A stretch of DNA of 64,000 nucleotides from Paraspadella gotoi (Eukaryota; Animalia; Chaetognatha), in the NCBI GenBank assembly GCA_051294375.1, contig JBJCIZ010000239.1, positions 5,909,074 to 5,973,073 on the forward strand. The letters run 5' to 3'. Of this stretch, positions 22,270 to 36,900 are shown piece by piece. The notes beneath the pieces are model-generated. The model was given only the letters and a program-made list of their open reading frames with translations. It searched no databases and was not told the DNA's origin. Position 1 is the first letter of the stretch. Each line of letters starts with the position of its first letter. Made by a program: the position numbers and the translations under genes.

Positions 22270-25200
22270 CCGAGATCCTGATTCCTTCGGCGCCTCTCGT
22301 TCTCTCTGCCTCGTAAACGCCCGCTCTCTCCTGTGCGCCGTGTTATTTCTCGCCTTGCCGGCCGCGGTCGTCGTTTCTTCCACGATCCTTGTGGGTGTGC
22401 TATTGGGCGTACGAAAATAATAACCGAAGACTTGTGCTCGTTACTGCGTCATGGAAACTCCGCTAAGCTAATTCTCGCTCACGTCTTGATACAGATGGTC
22501 CTAACATATAATTCTTAAACACTTTATTGCGTATAACATACATATCATACTTTCGTCAACACTTCATAATTAACTCCAGTGTACGGATTCTTTATCAAAG
22601 ATGTCGATTCTCTCCGCGCGAACAAAATCCATCAGCGCTTCCATGAAATGACCCCTCGTTGCGCCCCACCCCCCCCCCCTCGTCTTCTCTTCCTTTTCTG
22701 CAAAGCGACTCTCGTTCAAAACCACTATAGAATTTCGCGTCTTCGCGATCCGAAACAACGTTCATCTCCCATCCGGCGCTCTCTCTCGCTGCTCCATGCG
22801 TCGGCTTTACACAAGAAGCCGCCCCCGATTCATCCTGATCGCGACATCCTCGCCCGTGAGGGAAAACCGGCAAATCGCCGATAAGGCCGGATGCCGATTC
22901 TAAGGAGTTTGATCGAGTTGATACGATGCGAAGAAAAGAAGGCGTCGCCCCTTTCTCGCCCGTCATTCCCGATTCCATCACGATACCGCTTGTCTGGCGT
23001 TTCGTCCGAATCGACAACCGTACTTCTCTGCCCGCCTGTCTTCCTCGAAGCCCAAAGCCTCGCTTGCGGCCGGCGGCTGCTGAGGGCTCATGACGATCTC
23101 TGGTAGCCAGAAACGGACAAAGCAAACGCTCTTCGCTGATCCATCCCAACCGAGATGTTCTTAGCGGTGCCATCACGGTGCGCCCTTGACGTCTTTGCTG
23201 ACGTTCGTCTGAGCGCCGCCTTCGAGCTTTCGTTGAAACATGAGAATTGCAACGAAGGGATCGGCCTTCACGTTTCGCGGACTCATTTTCCCGGAGATTT
23301 TTCGAACCAGGCACGTTCGCTAATCAATTGTAATGAACTCTTTATGACATTATAACACAGTCTTACAATTATGGTGGCGAATCTAAATCCTAACCTAAAT
23401 TCACCAACCGTGAGTCCAGGGTTCAATCCCCTCACGGTCACGTTGGTTAAAGTTGATGGAGTCGGCATTAAACACGCCAGTGACATGGGTGCGTCCACTG
23501 CAGGTCCAAAGCCCTGAGCCCGCCCGCTGTCGGGAGAGGCTCACACCTGCACGCACATATCCCCCCGTTGCCCAAGTATCAATTTAAGTTTATGCTTTTT
23601 TTACTTTTAGGTTTTTCCGACTTCTCCCGTTCGTTGAGCGTTGTGGCTTTGAAATCAAACATGAGTTCATTCCGTCACGCTGATTTGACATTATTTGACT
23701 TATCTCGTTGGTTCACGTTTACTGAAGGCCTTGGCGGGTCTTCAAATGAGTTCTAATTGGTATGCAATAGAACACTCCGAGACTTGTTTAAAAGAAATTT
23801 ATTTCAAATAATTTAACTCATCGTCCCTTTAAGGATCAAAACCCATGTATACTGGCTTGTGCATCGCGCTTTTCGTTCATCACCTCCATCGGCGTCATAG
23901 ATCCGACTGTAGTGGCACGGTTTTTGCCGCTCAAACACGTAAACGTTGCGCATGAAAACCACGGTAGTTTGACAAAACCCAATATAAAAAAAAAATTTGC
24001 TTCTCGCTACTTTCTCTCCAGGCCCTTTGTTTCTTGTTTCCATATTCATGCTATCCCGCGTTATCGTACTTAAGTACCCTCATCTTGATGCGACTGTGGT
24101 CAACTTCGAGTCACCAGAGTTATTTGCTTTCCTGTTAATCCTTGCCTCGCCGGCATGACACCTCTTTACTGCTCTCGACATAATTCTTGTACAGATTTCT
24201 CTCCGTGTCAAATTGAATCTAGCGGAAGTTCGTCACGTTTCCTCCGTCCATACTAACTTTCGTCATTCGTCATTGGAGCGGCTGTTTTCTCACTAAACTC
24301 CCTAGTCTTAATCGCCTACAAAAATGAAAATCTCCAGCAACGACTAAACGTTCTTCTGGCGCTAAAGCTTTCAAATTCTCTGCGGAAGACATGACTCGTG
24401 AGTTTAATTACTATCAAACCCTGTCAATTACGCAATTCATTTTCCGAAAATTAAATCCATTTTTTTTGTTCTATCTCTTAACTTTCTCACTGATATAATT
24501 CTCTTTACAATTAGGAAGACTGCAATGTCGTCAGAAATTCCCTCCAAAAACCCCCGTTCGCTCTGGGGAGTTCCCGACGAACCAGTCGCATGCCCCTCAA
24601 GACTTCAAATACACCACCACGAAATACGGAGGCGGCCTGCGACCCAATCCGTCCTTTGACCTCGTGCAGAAGATTTACCGAACGGGTCCTGCCGATATTT
24701 GCGGAGAGATCGTCTCAACTTATTCTTCAATTTATTGTCCCTGGTCAGGAGAGTCCGTTTCAACCGAACCATCTACCTCCTTTGCCTGCACCCACCGCGA
24801 CTGTTGAAACCAAAAGAAGAGGGTAGGGTGGCTTGAGAGGTCAAGGCGATTTCCGTCTCGATGTCGAATTCACGAGTGACGACGGAAAAAAAAGCAGACA
24901 TTTTTCGAACTCGACGATGAATGGGAGACGAGGTAAGATGACGCCGATGATATATAGACTTCACCTTTGCGCAATTTAGAGCTCAAACTCGCGTGATCTT
25001 TGAGCAAAAGATTCAAGCCGTCGACGAAATCGGAAAGAGTCGTCGGTAATCGTCGTCAAGATAAATTCGAAGTCCAGCCAAGATTTTGCAAGACGTCATC
25101 GAGGAAGGAAATGTGACGGCTAAGAGCATTTCCAGCCTTTCTTAACATGCGATAGTGTAAGAAGATGAAGGCAAGCCATGAATGCACTGACGGTACATGT

Positions 25201-28200
25201 TTACAGCACACCTTCTCCTGATATTACATCCGCTCCGGGTAAGGGACGTGCGGAGAGACATAGCTTCGAGTATGTTGGGAGGACAAATGTCAAGCTCGAT
25301 GGATTAACGAGTTGCATCGTAAAAATACGGAGAACTGAAAGTGGCGGCGCTCATGGCTCGATCTCGCAGTCTCTTCCTAGTCGTTTCATACAGACACTGA
25401 TCGCCTCACTCGGAAATAATACATCCCCCCCGATTCGTTTCATGTCGCATACGTGTTGTGGGCGCACGCATCCAGCCATGTTTGATAGAAACCGGATTGA
25501 TCGACAAGCTCTATATCGCGTCTGAACCTGTATCAGAAGATTGCGGATCAACAGGCGAAATTTCGAGCCTGCAACTCACTTTGCCGGACCATGCAGGTCT
25601 CAAGTTATTACGCGACCGACTCATGGTGAACATATACCATAGCGACTTGTCGTCACGGTTTTGTCGTGTTCTGCTCGAACATGTCTCATGCGAACGTAAG
25701 ACGAACATATGCGCGCTATTCGTAGGAAGCAAAAATGCGTTCTGTTTTGCAAATTTCACAGAACTAGCTGAACTGCTCGAAGAACTATGATGTCAATGCT
25801 ATACCTAATTTGCATGACGTGACAACACATTTTGAATTTTTATGGATTGTGGACATCTGTATGTAATGGAACAGAAGCTAATTTGTACTTCGTGTAGAAT
25901 AAATTTTCTTCCTTCCACTCTTTTCTTTATTATGTTGGGTATCCTATAATATCTGCAAATTAAAGTGAATATGGCTAAATTGTGCCTTCTGTTATACGAT
26001 CAATAGTATATACAAATTTCTTCAGGACTTACTCCATGATTCGCGCTTTCTTCTCCATCACGTTTCTCAGTCAACTTAATACCAGATATTGAGGCGTCCG
26101 ACGAATTAAGCCATACCACTCCCTCCTCAGACTGGCTCTGAATTCGAACCAGTATTAGTGACTCGTCTTTTCCTCCATCTCGACGACACCATCCGATGTA
26201 CAACACATCGGAGCCCAGCAGTCCGAATCGCTCCGCCTCATCTTACAACGGCGTAGATTTTCACACGGTGATTCGACCCCTTTGCGTATGTCCTGTGTTG
26301 GCGTCGGCCAGACCGAACGATCCGGGACAACACCGAGTGGAGTCACACTCGTCTCGTTCGTATATATATGGTGCTAGAATTGCTATAATCTGCTATTCAC
26401 CTGTGAATATAAATCCGAACATATATTTACCCGGCGAACGTATGCCGAGAATCTTAAATGGGTACAACCCACCACGAATGTGTAGTAATGAATGACGATG
26501 GTAAGTCGATATGCCTTTACCTTGCTGCCCTCTCATTTCGCCGTGCAACACATAGTCGACACATCATTAGCCCGTTTCACTCTTCCCTTGTCGCCTTACA
26601 TATGGCGCTTAATTGCGTCTCTCTCAAACTATTACTCTTTCTTTGAGCCTCCTCTGCGCTGTATCTCTCTACTTCCCTGATGCTACAACATCTATGCTCT
26701 CGGTGACTACCGTTTGTACTCCTCTCTTTACTAATTTCTGTTGCAATGAATGTGGACATATATATATTTCTAATTTCACTCTAATATAGTCTCACAATTC
26801 CATATTGCGTTTATATAGTTATCAATTTTAAAAGCACCATGGTTATGTTCTGTTAAACATTATTTTGCCTTTCCTTACTTCTCTTGGGTTTCTAATCGTG
26901 ACTTGTTACACTTAGCTTCTTGAACTAGAATTATATCCTTTTGTAATTATTATCTATATATACTATACAATAATAATCAAGACTAAAGTAGTATCATCTT
27001 CTTCAAATATATGTCCCTTTCCCTTCTACCCTTCTCAAATAGGTGACGTCTTGTTGCGCGGAAGACTCTGATCATCGAAGTCGACTCACGCAGAACGAGA
27101 CGACGACATCTCAGACGGCACGCATAATCACTCGATGCGGGATAGAAAACCTAGTTTTTGGGTTAACATTAGACTCTACACGCATGTCTGACACTATCCG
27201 GTCGAACTGATCCAGTAGTTGAAGTCATTGAGATCCCGTAGCACTCTCATGCAACACACCTCTCATTCTTGTTGGCTTCGAAAGCTGGCATCGGCCAGGA
27301 GTGCGGAAGGACCCGTTGTGCCTCGGCATGACTCGGTGACCTCTCCGCGTTAGTTTTAGTAAAGGATATTAGTTAATCGTATCTTTAGACAATGATATAT
27401 CTGAAGCTCTCTGAAGTACCCGACTCCTGGATGTGCTGGGTGTGCGAGGATTTAAAGGAAGAAGAGTCGAACTCCTATGTGCGATGCGTGAATTTTTACT
27501 ATATGAATTCTATGTATAGAATCAATACAAGGGATTATTGTTGCAGCAGTATCACCACGGATTGATCCAGATTTATAGGCGATAAGTCGAAGATAGAACA
27601 TCTCCCTACCCACGTTGAGCGTAATCGATAACGCTCGCATCTCTCCCAGCCTCTCTCACTCTGGATGAGATATACCACCTTCACGTTTAGCGGGTCCAAT
27701 TATTTAACTACTGAATCTCATCGTCGAAGGTGAATAGGTCGAGAGAATCAACGATGCAACAAATCTGTCTTTTCCTTGCATATCTCTAATGGTCGAACTT
27801 TGTACTCGAAAGTCCACTGCGAAGTCGCCCAGACTTTGAACGCTGCCATATCTCTATTTACAGTGTTCGTCTCTCTCGCTGCCGATGGTCCATATGCCTT
27901 GACTACTATAGATGCTACTTTACGCTAGTTAAGTTACTCGACTCTGGACATCGTATAACGCGTCAACGTTCTATGCTTTAATTCCTTTTTCCGCCGCTCA
28001 CAAAGAAGATGCGAATTCGTGATTCATACTCCGCAAAGATTACAAAATTATATCTCCGACCAGCGTCAAGTCGATAATTAAGTGTCCGACCCCCTCAATA
28101 TGGGGTGATGAATACAGCGCTAGTAAACAGAAATTGGGAGTCCTGACATCATGTGCAGACATGCGTCGTTGACATAGCCGTTAATCACACGTTCGATCTG

Positions 28201-29050
28201 GCTCAGTGAGACGAATAACGACTTTCGATCCGATTAATCAATGCGATTTAAGGAAAGTAGTCGGGTGCTGACATCACGTATAATAAGATAAGCTAATATG
28301 TCTAAATGTCCTCTCTCGACGATCTTGCGCGGCTTATAGAACCTATCAATGTATCCGTCTCTCAATGATGCACATGTAATCCATGTCCAATCCAGTTGTA
28401 TAAACATTCAACTTAGGAATATTCTACATCACGCAAGAGACTCGCGGTACGCCGGCCCAACGCCTTCACACCGACTCGTATGTTACGTCTGCTCTTCCTT
28501 GAAAAGTCTGCTCTCCAACTGGTCGCCACAAGTTGCTTCACGAGAAAATCAAATCTCGAGATCTCTTCTCATCGCACACGTCTTACCCTCGGTCTGGAAT
28601 CTCTCGGCAGACCCGCGTCGTCCGGCCTCTTTTCCCTCTATGCCACAAAAACCTTTAAATTCTGACGCCGGTAGGACGACGGCGGCCTATGAGCGTTCGG
28701 AGAGGCTCGTCGCGGAGTACAACTTTTTACATCGTACTGAGTGTCTCGACTGGCGAACGCAGAACAAAGAACTTTCTTACTTATTTAGCCGCCTTTTAAT
28801 CGGAGAGACCATAGTTCAACCTCCTGTATGCCTATTTCTGGAACCAACTCTGAGGAGATATCCTCCTTTCCTGTTGACGGTAGCGTGTGGTCGAACCGTT
28901 TTGGAGACTTTGTCGATTGATTGTCGACGCGCCTCGCGATCTTTCCCCCAAACTTTATCGGCGTACTGTTTGCCGCTTGTCATGGGACCCTGTCCGTTTG
29001 ATGTGGAGGAGGGAACATTTGGAGTTGTCATAAAGAAATCAAATATACTG
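22270..29050 (-). pseudogene. Probable second GH38 mannosidase paralog, obscured by sequencing noise or decay
   Basis: Short colinear echoes of the first gene at ~22360-22388 (DR..DDRG), 25044 (cf. 12592), 25431 (cf. 13985), 25770 (cf. 14133), 26307 (cf. 14449) and 27151-27280 (cf. 14611-14683). Confidence 0.4.
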
Positions 29051-29389
29051 GGTCTCTAACAATTATCGGCATCTTTTTTTAAAACACCAGTTTGCTCGGG
29101 TTCGGTTCTTCCGAGATCCTGATCCTCCAATGTTCCGAGATCTGCCTCAAATTACTATCGGTGAACCAAACGTGACGATCTGTATCCCCCACGTCCAGAG
29201 TCTCTGATATCATGTGAATGAGTAAAGGAACTTGTGTGATTGAGATGGATATAAGTATTCGATGAAGTGAATCGTTGCGGGTTACGTGAGAAAATATGGT
29301 TCTAACCATGCCGAGGAAGACCAAAACCAAAAAATATATTTCACTATTTGAACGCCAATTGCTCATAGGGTGGAATAGTGCAATTGACT

Positions 29390-29718
29390 TGAAATTTTGT
29401 ATGGTTAGGAAAGTGTGTGATTGAGCTCGATATAAAGTTTTCGATGGAATCGTGCGAGTGGAAATGAGTTAAAATGGAAAAAAAACAAAAGTCACTAATT
29501 TACTTGAAGTATTTTACTTAAATTTACTCATAATTATTTTTGTTTATTAAATTGGATAGATAAATCGAAATTGAATTTTGTGTGTGGGTAGGAAAGTATG
29601 TAGTAAAGGTGGATAAAAATTTTTTGATGGAATCGTAGGAGTGAAAAAGAGTCAAATAAAGAAAACCAAAAGACACATTTATTTGAATTTTTTAAAGTTT
29701 CTCTCTCTCTCTTCTCTC

Positions 29719-29751
<33 letters not shown>

Positions 29752-30815
29752 TACCAAGATTATGCCAGTTGACCAATTCTGCAAGTTAATCAAGTTTTGG
29801 GCAAGTTTGACCAAATTATGCCTGTTGACCAAATTAGGCTAGTTGATAAAATTATGCCAGTTAACCAAATTTATGCCGGTTGACCAAATTATCTTAATTG
29901 ATCATAATTATGTCAGTTGACCAAATTATGTCAGTTGACCAAATTTATGTCAGTAGACCAAATTATGTCAGTTAACCAAATTATGTCAGTTGACCAAAAT
30001 TATGCAAGTTGATTAAATTATGCAAGTTGACAAAGAATAGCTTATTACCACTTAATTATCGATTGACCTGGAATTTTGTATGTGAGTAGAAAAGGTGTGT
30101 GATTAAACAGGAAACCAAGTTTCGATGGAATCTTTTGAGTGGAAATGAGTTTAAATGGAAAAAAACAAAAAACCTGTTTCACTAATTGATTATGCTTCTT
30201 TTTCCTTTTATATTAAATGTATATGCAGGATGTATTATAGTCAAATAATTAATCAGTTAATTAATCAATTAGTCAATTATTAATCAAAATTAATTAATCA
30301 GTCAAATCAATCCGTCCATCCGTCCCACCTTAGCCAAAAAGCTCCAATAACTCGTGATTGGCTGGTTGGATTGAAATGAAATTTTGTTGTGTGGGTAGGA
30401 AAGTGTGTGTGATAAAGCTGGATTAACGTTTCGACGAATCGTGTGAGTGGAAATGAGTTTAGTGGAAAAAAACATAAGTCGCATTTACTAAAATCTTTTT
30501 TACTTATTTAACAATAAGTACTCTAATTAATCATAATTGGATGGATAGATTGAGTTTCAATTTTTTTGGTGTAGAAAAATGTGTATCGATGCTTGATATT
30601 AAGTTTGGTGGAAACGTACGAGTGGAAATGAGTTTAATGAAAAAAATATAGTCATTTACTTGAATCTTTTTATTATTTTTAACCCATAATAGATTGAGAT
30701 GAAATTTTGGTGAGGCGGTAGGAAAGTGTGTGAAAAAATCTAGATATAAAGTTTGACGGGAATTGTGCCAGTGGAAATGAGTTTAAATGGAAAAAACCTA
30801 AGTCACATTACTTGA
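29390..30815. repeat. Cluster of ~6 copies of a ~120-bp dispersed repeat (GAAATTTTGTGTGTGGGTAGGAAAGTGTGTG...GAGTGGAAATGAGTTT)
   Basis: Copies at ~29390, 29570, 30070, 30377, 30557 and 30700; also at 10042 and 55510. Confidence 0.8.
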
Positions 30816-30875
30816 AGCAGAAAATGATTACAAGTTAAAAAAATCCTAAAAGCATAAGGATCGTCGCATTTGCAA

Positions 30876-30921
<46 letters not shown>

Positions 30922-30950
30922 CAGTAATGAGCATAAGGATCGTCGCAATT

Positions 30951-30989
<39 letters not shown>

Positions 30990-31799
30990 TGAGAGAGAGA
31001 AAGATAGAAGAGAGAGAGTCCGAGATAAAAATTACGAAATAAAAAAGTTGTTATTTTACTCACTGAATAAAAATACTTAAAATACTTACAAAATACATAA
31101 AATTGATAAATTATTATTCCATAACATTGTTTTAATCACATGCAATATATCTAGTAAGGCCAATATCTAGTAAGGCGGGCCAAATTGAACACTTTTATAA
31201 CTTCTAGTTCTCTTTAAATTTTTTTTTCCTTTTACTACTAAATCGATTTTCAATATAACTTTTTTGAATTATTTCATTGGGTTGTTGCACTGAAGCTTTT
31301 AAATATTTATTAATATATAATAATTATAAAGTATTGACGGATTGTGCCAGGGAATGTGTTTAGATGGAAAAAACATAAGTCACATTTACTTGAATCTTTA
31401 ATATTAATGATTACTATAAATGTTTTAATTAATTAATAATTAATTAATGAATTAATGTGAAAAATGATCAAGTTAAAAAAAATCTGAAAAGCATAAAGAT
31501 CGTCGCAATTGCAGAAAAAAAAAAAAGAGAGGAGAGAGAGAGAGAGAGAGAGTGAGTGAGAGAGAGAGAGAGAGAGAAGGAGACATAAAATAAAATAGAG
31601 GATATTTGGTTTGTTTTGATAACAATGTAAACAAAACATATTTAATAACTGTCCTAACCAATTTAAGGACATCGATGATGATAAGTTTGAATATAATTTA
31701 AAATTAATTATTACATATTAAATTAATTAATTAATTAATTAATTATCGATTAATATTAATTAATTATCGTAGGCAGATCCGACATTGTTGCTCAAACTT

Positions 31800-32870
31800 T
31801 TTTTTTTTTTTGAAAATGGAATGATAATAAAACTGAGCCCAAAAAAAAAGGTGAAAGGAAAAGAAGGTTGAAATTTTTTTGAATCTCCCTCAGGGACCGA
31901 AAAAGCGGAAGGAAACAGTGGCTTGGGTAAATTTGTCAGGCGCCAATATGATTTCATACTTTCACGTATTTCAAATAAAAAAAATCATATATAATAACAT
32001 AAACTTTTTTTCTGTATTTGAAAAATATCAAAACATTAAAACAATCTAAATAAATATACTAACATACATTTATAAAAAAAAGCCTGCTAGTTTATGATTT
32101 AATAAGAATGTTATAATGTTTGTCGAAAGTAAAAACCACTGAGCGAACTTGTCAACTTTTGATTGATCTCATATCGAAACGAAAATATCTATCATCTCTT
32201 ACAACTAACTCAACTTGTATTTTGATGCTAGTACGCAGCACAATATAATCTTCCACGATCTAATACGTAAGGGAGGGGTCATTCGTACATTGAAACATTC
32301 TATGAAATAATATACCACGTCATTGATAGGGAATAAACGAGACAGTGAGAGGTAGCCCAGTCAGCCTATTTTGTATATAGTACCACCCTTATTATAATGT
32401 CAAAATTCAAAATGTTATCTTATAATTTTGATCAAGATTCTTACAAAAAGTTTAAAAGGAAAATATATTTTTTTTAAAAAATATATTATTAATTAGGTTA
32501 AAATTTCACAAAACTGTATTTTTAAGCTGGAAATTAAAAATTGGTATCTTAAATATATTTATAAAAATCTGACATTTTTCGACTCTTCATCAGCGTTTGT
32601 CATTTTTGTCATTTTTAAAAAGATTATACTTTCTGGATTTCAAAATTTATATTTTCACAATTTTAGCCTTTTATATCATCGCAGGAGAATCAACGAATAT
32701 ACTTATACTTATACTGAATCAATGATATACTTATTCCTAAATATAGATATAGGGTTAGATTTTTATTCTCACGTTTTAAACGCTAAATTTTAATTTTTAT
32801 AAAATTGTATCATTTTCACATCACTCTGTTCTATACTCACGTCACTTTTTTTTTATATCCGACTGCAGCT
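31800..32870 (+). repeat. ~1.1-kb segment present three times (also ~51550-52630 and ~58565-59990)
   Basis: Near-identical sequence seen directly; the third copy carries an insertion. Confidence 0.9.
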
Positions 32871-32914
32871 CTATTTTCAACGACGACTCCCTTAAGGGAA
32901 AAACAAACCCTGTC

Positions 32915-33940
32915 CTCTCCTGAACTACTTTCTATCTTCTCCCTCATCTTCTATCTCCTCAACTCCTCTCTCCTCTTCTATCCTCTCCTACTACTCCTCT
33001 CTCACTTAAACTATTCTCTATCTCCCCTCATCCTTCTATTCCTCAACTCATCTCTCCGCTTCTATCCTCTCCTACTTCTCCTCTCTCCTAACTATCTTTC
33101 TCTCTTCTCCCCTCATCGTTCTATCTCCTCAACTCCTCCTCCCCTTCTATCCTCTCCTACTACTCCTCTCTCCTTAACTAATCTTTTATCTTCTCCCCTC
33201 ATCCTTCTATCTCCTCAACTCCTCTCTCCCCTTCTTATCCCTCTCCTACTACGTCCTCTCTCCTGAACTATCTTTCTATTTACTTCTCCCCTCATCCTTC
33301 TATCTCCTAAACTTCTCTCTTCCTCTTCTATCCTTCTCCTACTACTCCTCTCTCCTGAACTTATCTTTCTATCATCCTCCCTCATCCTTCTATCTCCTCA
33401 ACTCCTCTCTCCTCTTCTATCCTCTCCCTACTACTCTTCTTTCCTGAACTATCTTGCTATTTTCTCCCTCTTCCTTCTAATCTCCTCACTTCCGCTCTCT
33501 CTTTTATCCTCTCCTTACTACTCCTCTCTCTTAACTATCTTTCTATCTCTTCCCCTCATCCTTCTATCTCTCAACTTCTCTCTCCCCTTCTATCATCTCC
33601 TACTTCTCCTCTCTCCTTAAACTATCTTTCTCTCTCTCTGCCCCAGTCCTCTATCTCTCAATCTCCCTCCTCCTCATCTAATTCCTCTCCTTCTTCTCCT
33701 CTCTCTTTAACATCTTTCTCGTCTTCTCCCCTCATCCTTCTTCTTCTTCAACTCCTCTTCTCACCTTCTATCTTCTCTACTTCTCCTCTCTCCTTAACTA
33801 TCTTTCTCTCTTCTGCCCTCATACTTCTATCTCTTTCCTCCTCTCTTCTTTCTTTCCTTCTTCTTTCTCTCTTCTCCCTCTCAATTGATTTCTCCTCCTC
33901 CTTCTCCTCAACTCCTCTCTTCTCTTCTCACGTCTCCTCT
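32915..33940. repeat. ~86-bp polypyrimidine minisatellite (also 60040-60600 and 61100-62110)
   Basis: Unit AACTATCTTTCTATCTTCTCCCCTCATCCTTCTATCTCCTCAACTCCTCTCTCC...CTACTACTCCTCTCTCCTT; almost G-free on the + strand. Confidence 0.9.
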
Positions 33941-36900
33941 CTATTTATCTCTCTTTTCTTTCTCTCCTCCTCTCTCTTTTTCTCTCCTCTTTCCTCTCCT
34001 CTCCTCCTTCTCCTTCTTTTCTCATCTTTCTTCCTCCACACATTTCCTTCCCTCCCTTGATTTTTTCTCCTCTCTCCTCCCCTCTCTCCTTTTCTCCTCG
34101 TCTCCTCAACTTTTTTTCTCCCTCTCGTCTTTCTTTTTTCTCTCTTCTCATTCCTCTATTTTTTTCATTATAACCAGCAACATTTCCCTCTCCAATGAAA
34201 AAAAAAAAACCTGCCAAAATACTTGGGATTGACTTCTTTCCTTTGTTTTTCCCTCTGAAACGTTTTTTTTTTAGTTTGTCTCTCTCTCTGAGTCTCTCTT
34301 CTCTCTCTCTCTGAGTCTCTCTCTCTCTCTCTCTTCTCTCTCTCTAGAGAAGGATCTATCATCTTCATCATTCATCATTAATATCTATTCTCTGCTTCTC
34401 TCCAAGATCTTGACGTAATAGCTGTTCATACTAATGCTTTGGACCGTAAATATTTCCATTATTCCTATTATGTGTCCAGTATTTTCTCTATTGATGATAT
34501 CCTTGTAATTAATCACTGTTGTACAAAGTAACGAGTAAAAGAGAAGATATTATAAAAATTAAAAGAGAAATTAAAGAAACAAAGAACACAAATATAAATC
34601 TATATATACACACGACGACGGTTACATTTCGATAAGAACTGCTTTAGACGATTCTTTTGGCGTGCAGGAAATCTTAGGTAATAATGTGATTATAGATAGT
34701 AATTTTGAGGACTGCTTAATTTTATATAAATTTATATTTCCAAATATACACCTCAGATCACTATTGGCTGGGTTAGAGTGACTAAAAATAGGTTAAGTTC
34801 CGATATGTTATTTACGCGTTGTGCATTGTATCATTTGGTAAGGTTGATGGGCAAATAAGATTCGAGACTCGTATTATGATCAGATGATTTAGACTTTGAT
34901 ATAAAGGAAAATTAAGTCTCATAATTATTTTCTATAATTTTTTCTTGCACCTGTTATCAATACACTCTCTTCTGTGCCGATATGTGTACATGTTGTGACA
35001 GTTGAATACCGTTTGTATTGATCTACAAATGTAGATATTCAGATATATATTTTTGCTGACAGATATTGTTATTAGGAAATGAGATTAGTGTAGTTACGTT
35101 AGAAGACTTGAGGTAGTATCAGCATCGCATTATTTCTTCGACAATAATAATTTGTATTGTTTGATGTCTTTTGCTGCATTAACACTTTTCTAGTCATTAT
35201 CATCTGTGCCTTTTGCGTTAGCCTTATTTTTCCCAAACACGTTGCGCCGTTGTAACATTTCGGCAAATTCGAATAGCAGTCTTGAGATTTTTATATGATG
35301 TAACATATTTTTCAGTAGGTTCAGGATCCTAGGAGTTACGAGGATTATTATGTTTACAAGGAACATAAATATTAGCAATTAATAGGTTTCATAATTGTTG
35401 TTTTATCGCACTAAGCTTAATAAGAATATTATGTGTTATTAGATCACTTTTGATTGGATTTCAGGTTGTCTTAGTGATCTACGTTTATAAAGTCGAATCA
35501 ACGAACTGGTATATACAGACGGAATCGGTATCGCGTTATCAGTGCCTTTGACATTCGATATGTTCGTTTATCCAGTCTTTCGCACAGTTATTCTATAGAT
35601 GTGACAGTTCAAAGTCAGCAAATGAAGGTTAGTATCATACTTTTCGCATTTTTAATTTCGATACTCGACAGCGTGGCGCTACGACTTTTTATGCGGGTGC
35701 ATAGCCTGTTCGATAGGATTGTTCAGTGTGTACAGCGTGAGCTGTATAGCGTCAATCCGTGTGAGTACATTTTACACACTTAGAAGTGGTATATGCGGGG
35801 TAGGCGTTCACGAATGTCACTGAACTACAAGTAAGGTTAGGAGGAGAGTAGAGGTGTGAATGGAGTTATTAAATAAGTATTATGTTTAGGTCTATTTTGT
35901 ATACGTTAGTGGATCAGTTGTGTATGTTTTTTTGGAAGAGTCGACCAGGTGAGGCAATCGGGCATTTAATCATATCAAGATCCCGTCGACAACTCGCGAT
36001 CGCCGACCTCTCCTGTCTCCACCAAAGTGGGTACTCTCCATACATACATGTCGTACATGACCGATGTTTGTCCTCTCTGCTTCGGAAAAACCCTGGTCAG
36101 TGCCAAAACTCGATGGTCAAGGTCGAAGGCCACAGATAACAGAGGTGTGTGGTAGTCAGAGGGTCCGTGACGTACTCATTGTGTCCGGTGAAATTTTGTG
36201 TCGGTCTGTCGGTAAAATAAAAAAAAGGTCATCTTTTTTTGTCGTGGCTGCAATTCACCAGACGTCGACATCCGTCCCGATTTATATCCTTAATCAGTCT
36301 TCAAATTAATACCAACTCATGTCTTTCTCTTTCTCTCTTCCTCCTTCTCTCTTTTTGTCTCTCTCTTCTTGTCTTACTTTGTCTCTTCTTCCTTTCTCTC
36401 TTCTCAATTCCGGGCATCTCTTCATCCTTCTTAATCTCTTCTCTCTCGTCTTCTTCTCTTTCTCCCTTCTCTCTTCTTTTCCTTCTCTTCTTTCTTCTTT
36501 TTTTTTCTCAATATTCTCATCACGATATCTCTCTTCTTTCTCTTCCTTTCTCTCCTTCTTCTCTCCTTCTCTCTCTTCTCTGTCTCTTGCCTCTCTCTCT
36601 CTTTCTCCTCTCTCTCGACCCTCTCTCACTCTCTCCCTCGTCCTCTCTCTCTGCTCTCTCTTTCCTCTTTCTCCCTTCCTCTTTATTTTCTGGTTCTTAC
36701 TTTCTCTCTCTCGTCTCTCTGCTCTCTCTCCTCAGCTCTCCTCGTCACTCCGTCTCAGAGTGTCTTCATCGCTCTCTCCCTCTCCTCATCTCTCTCTCTC
36801 TCTCTCTTTTCCTCCTTGCGATAACCAAGCCTTTCTCTTCTCTTTTCCTTTTTCTCATTTTCTTTTTTTTTTCTTTTAATTTCGCGAATACTTTTTTTTT

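Noticed and set aside
32570-32600. Hammerhead-like CTGATGA-AGAGTC-GAAA on the minus strand (also ~52335-52355)
   Set aside because: Stems I, II and III cannot be formed.
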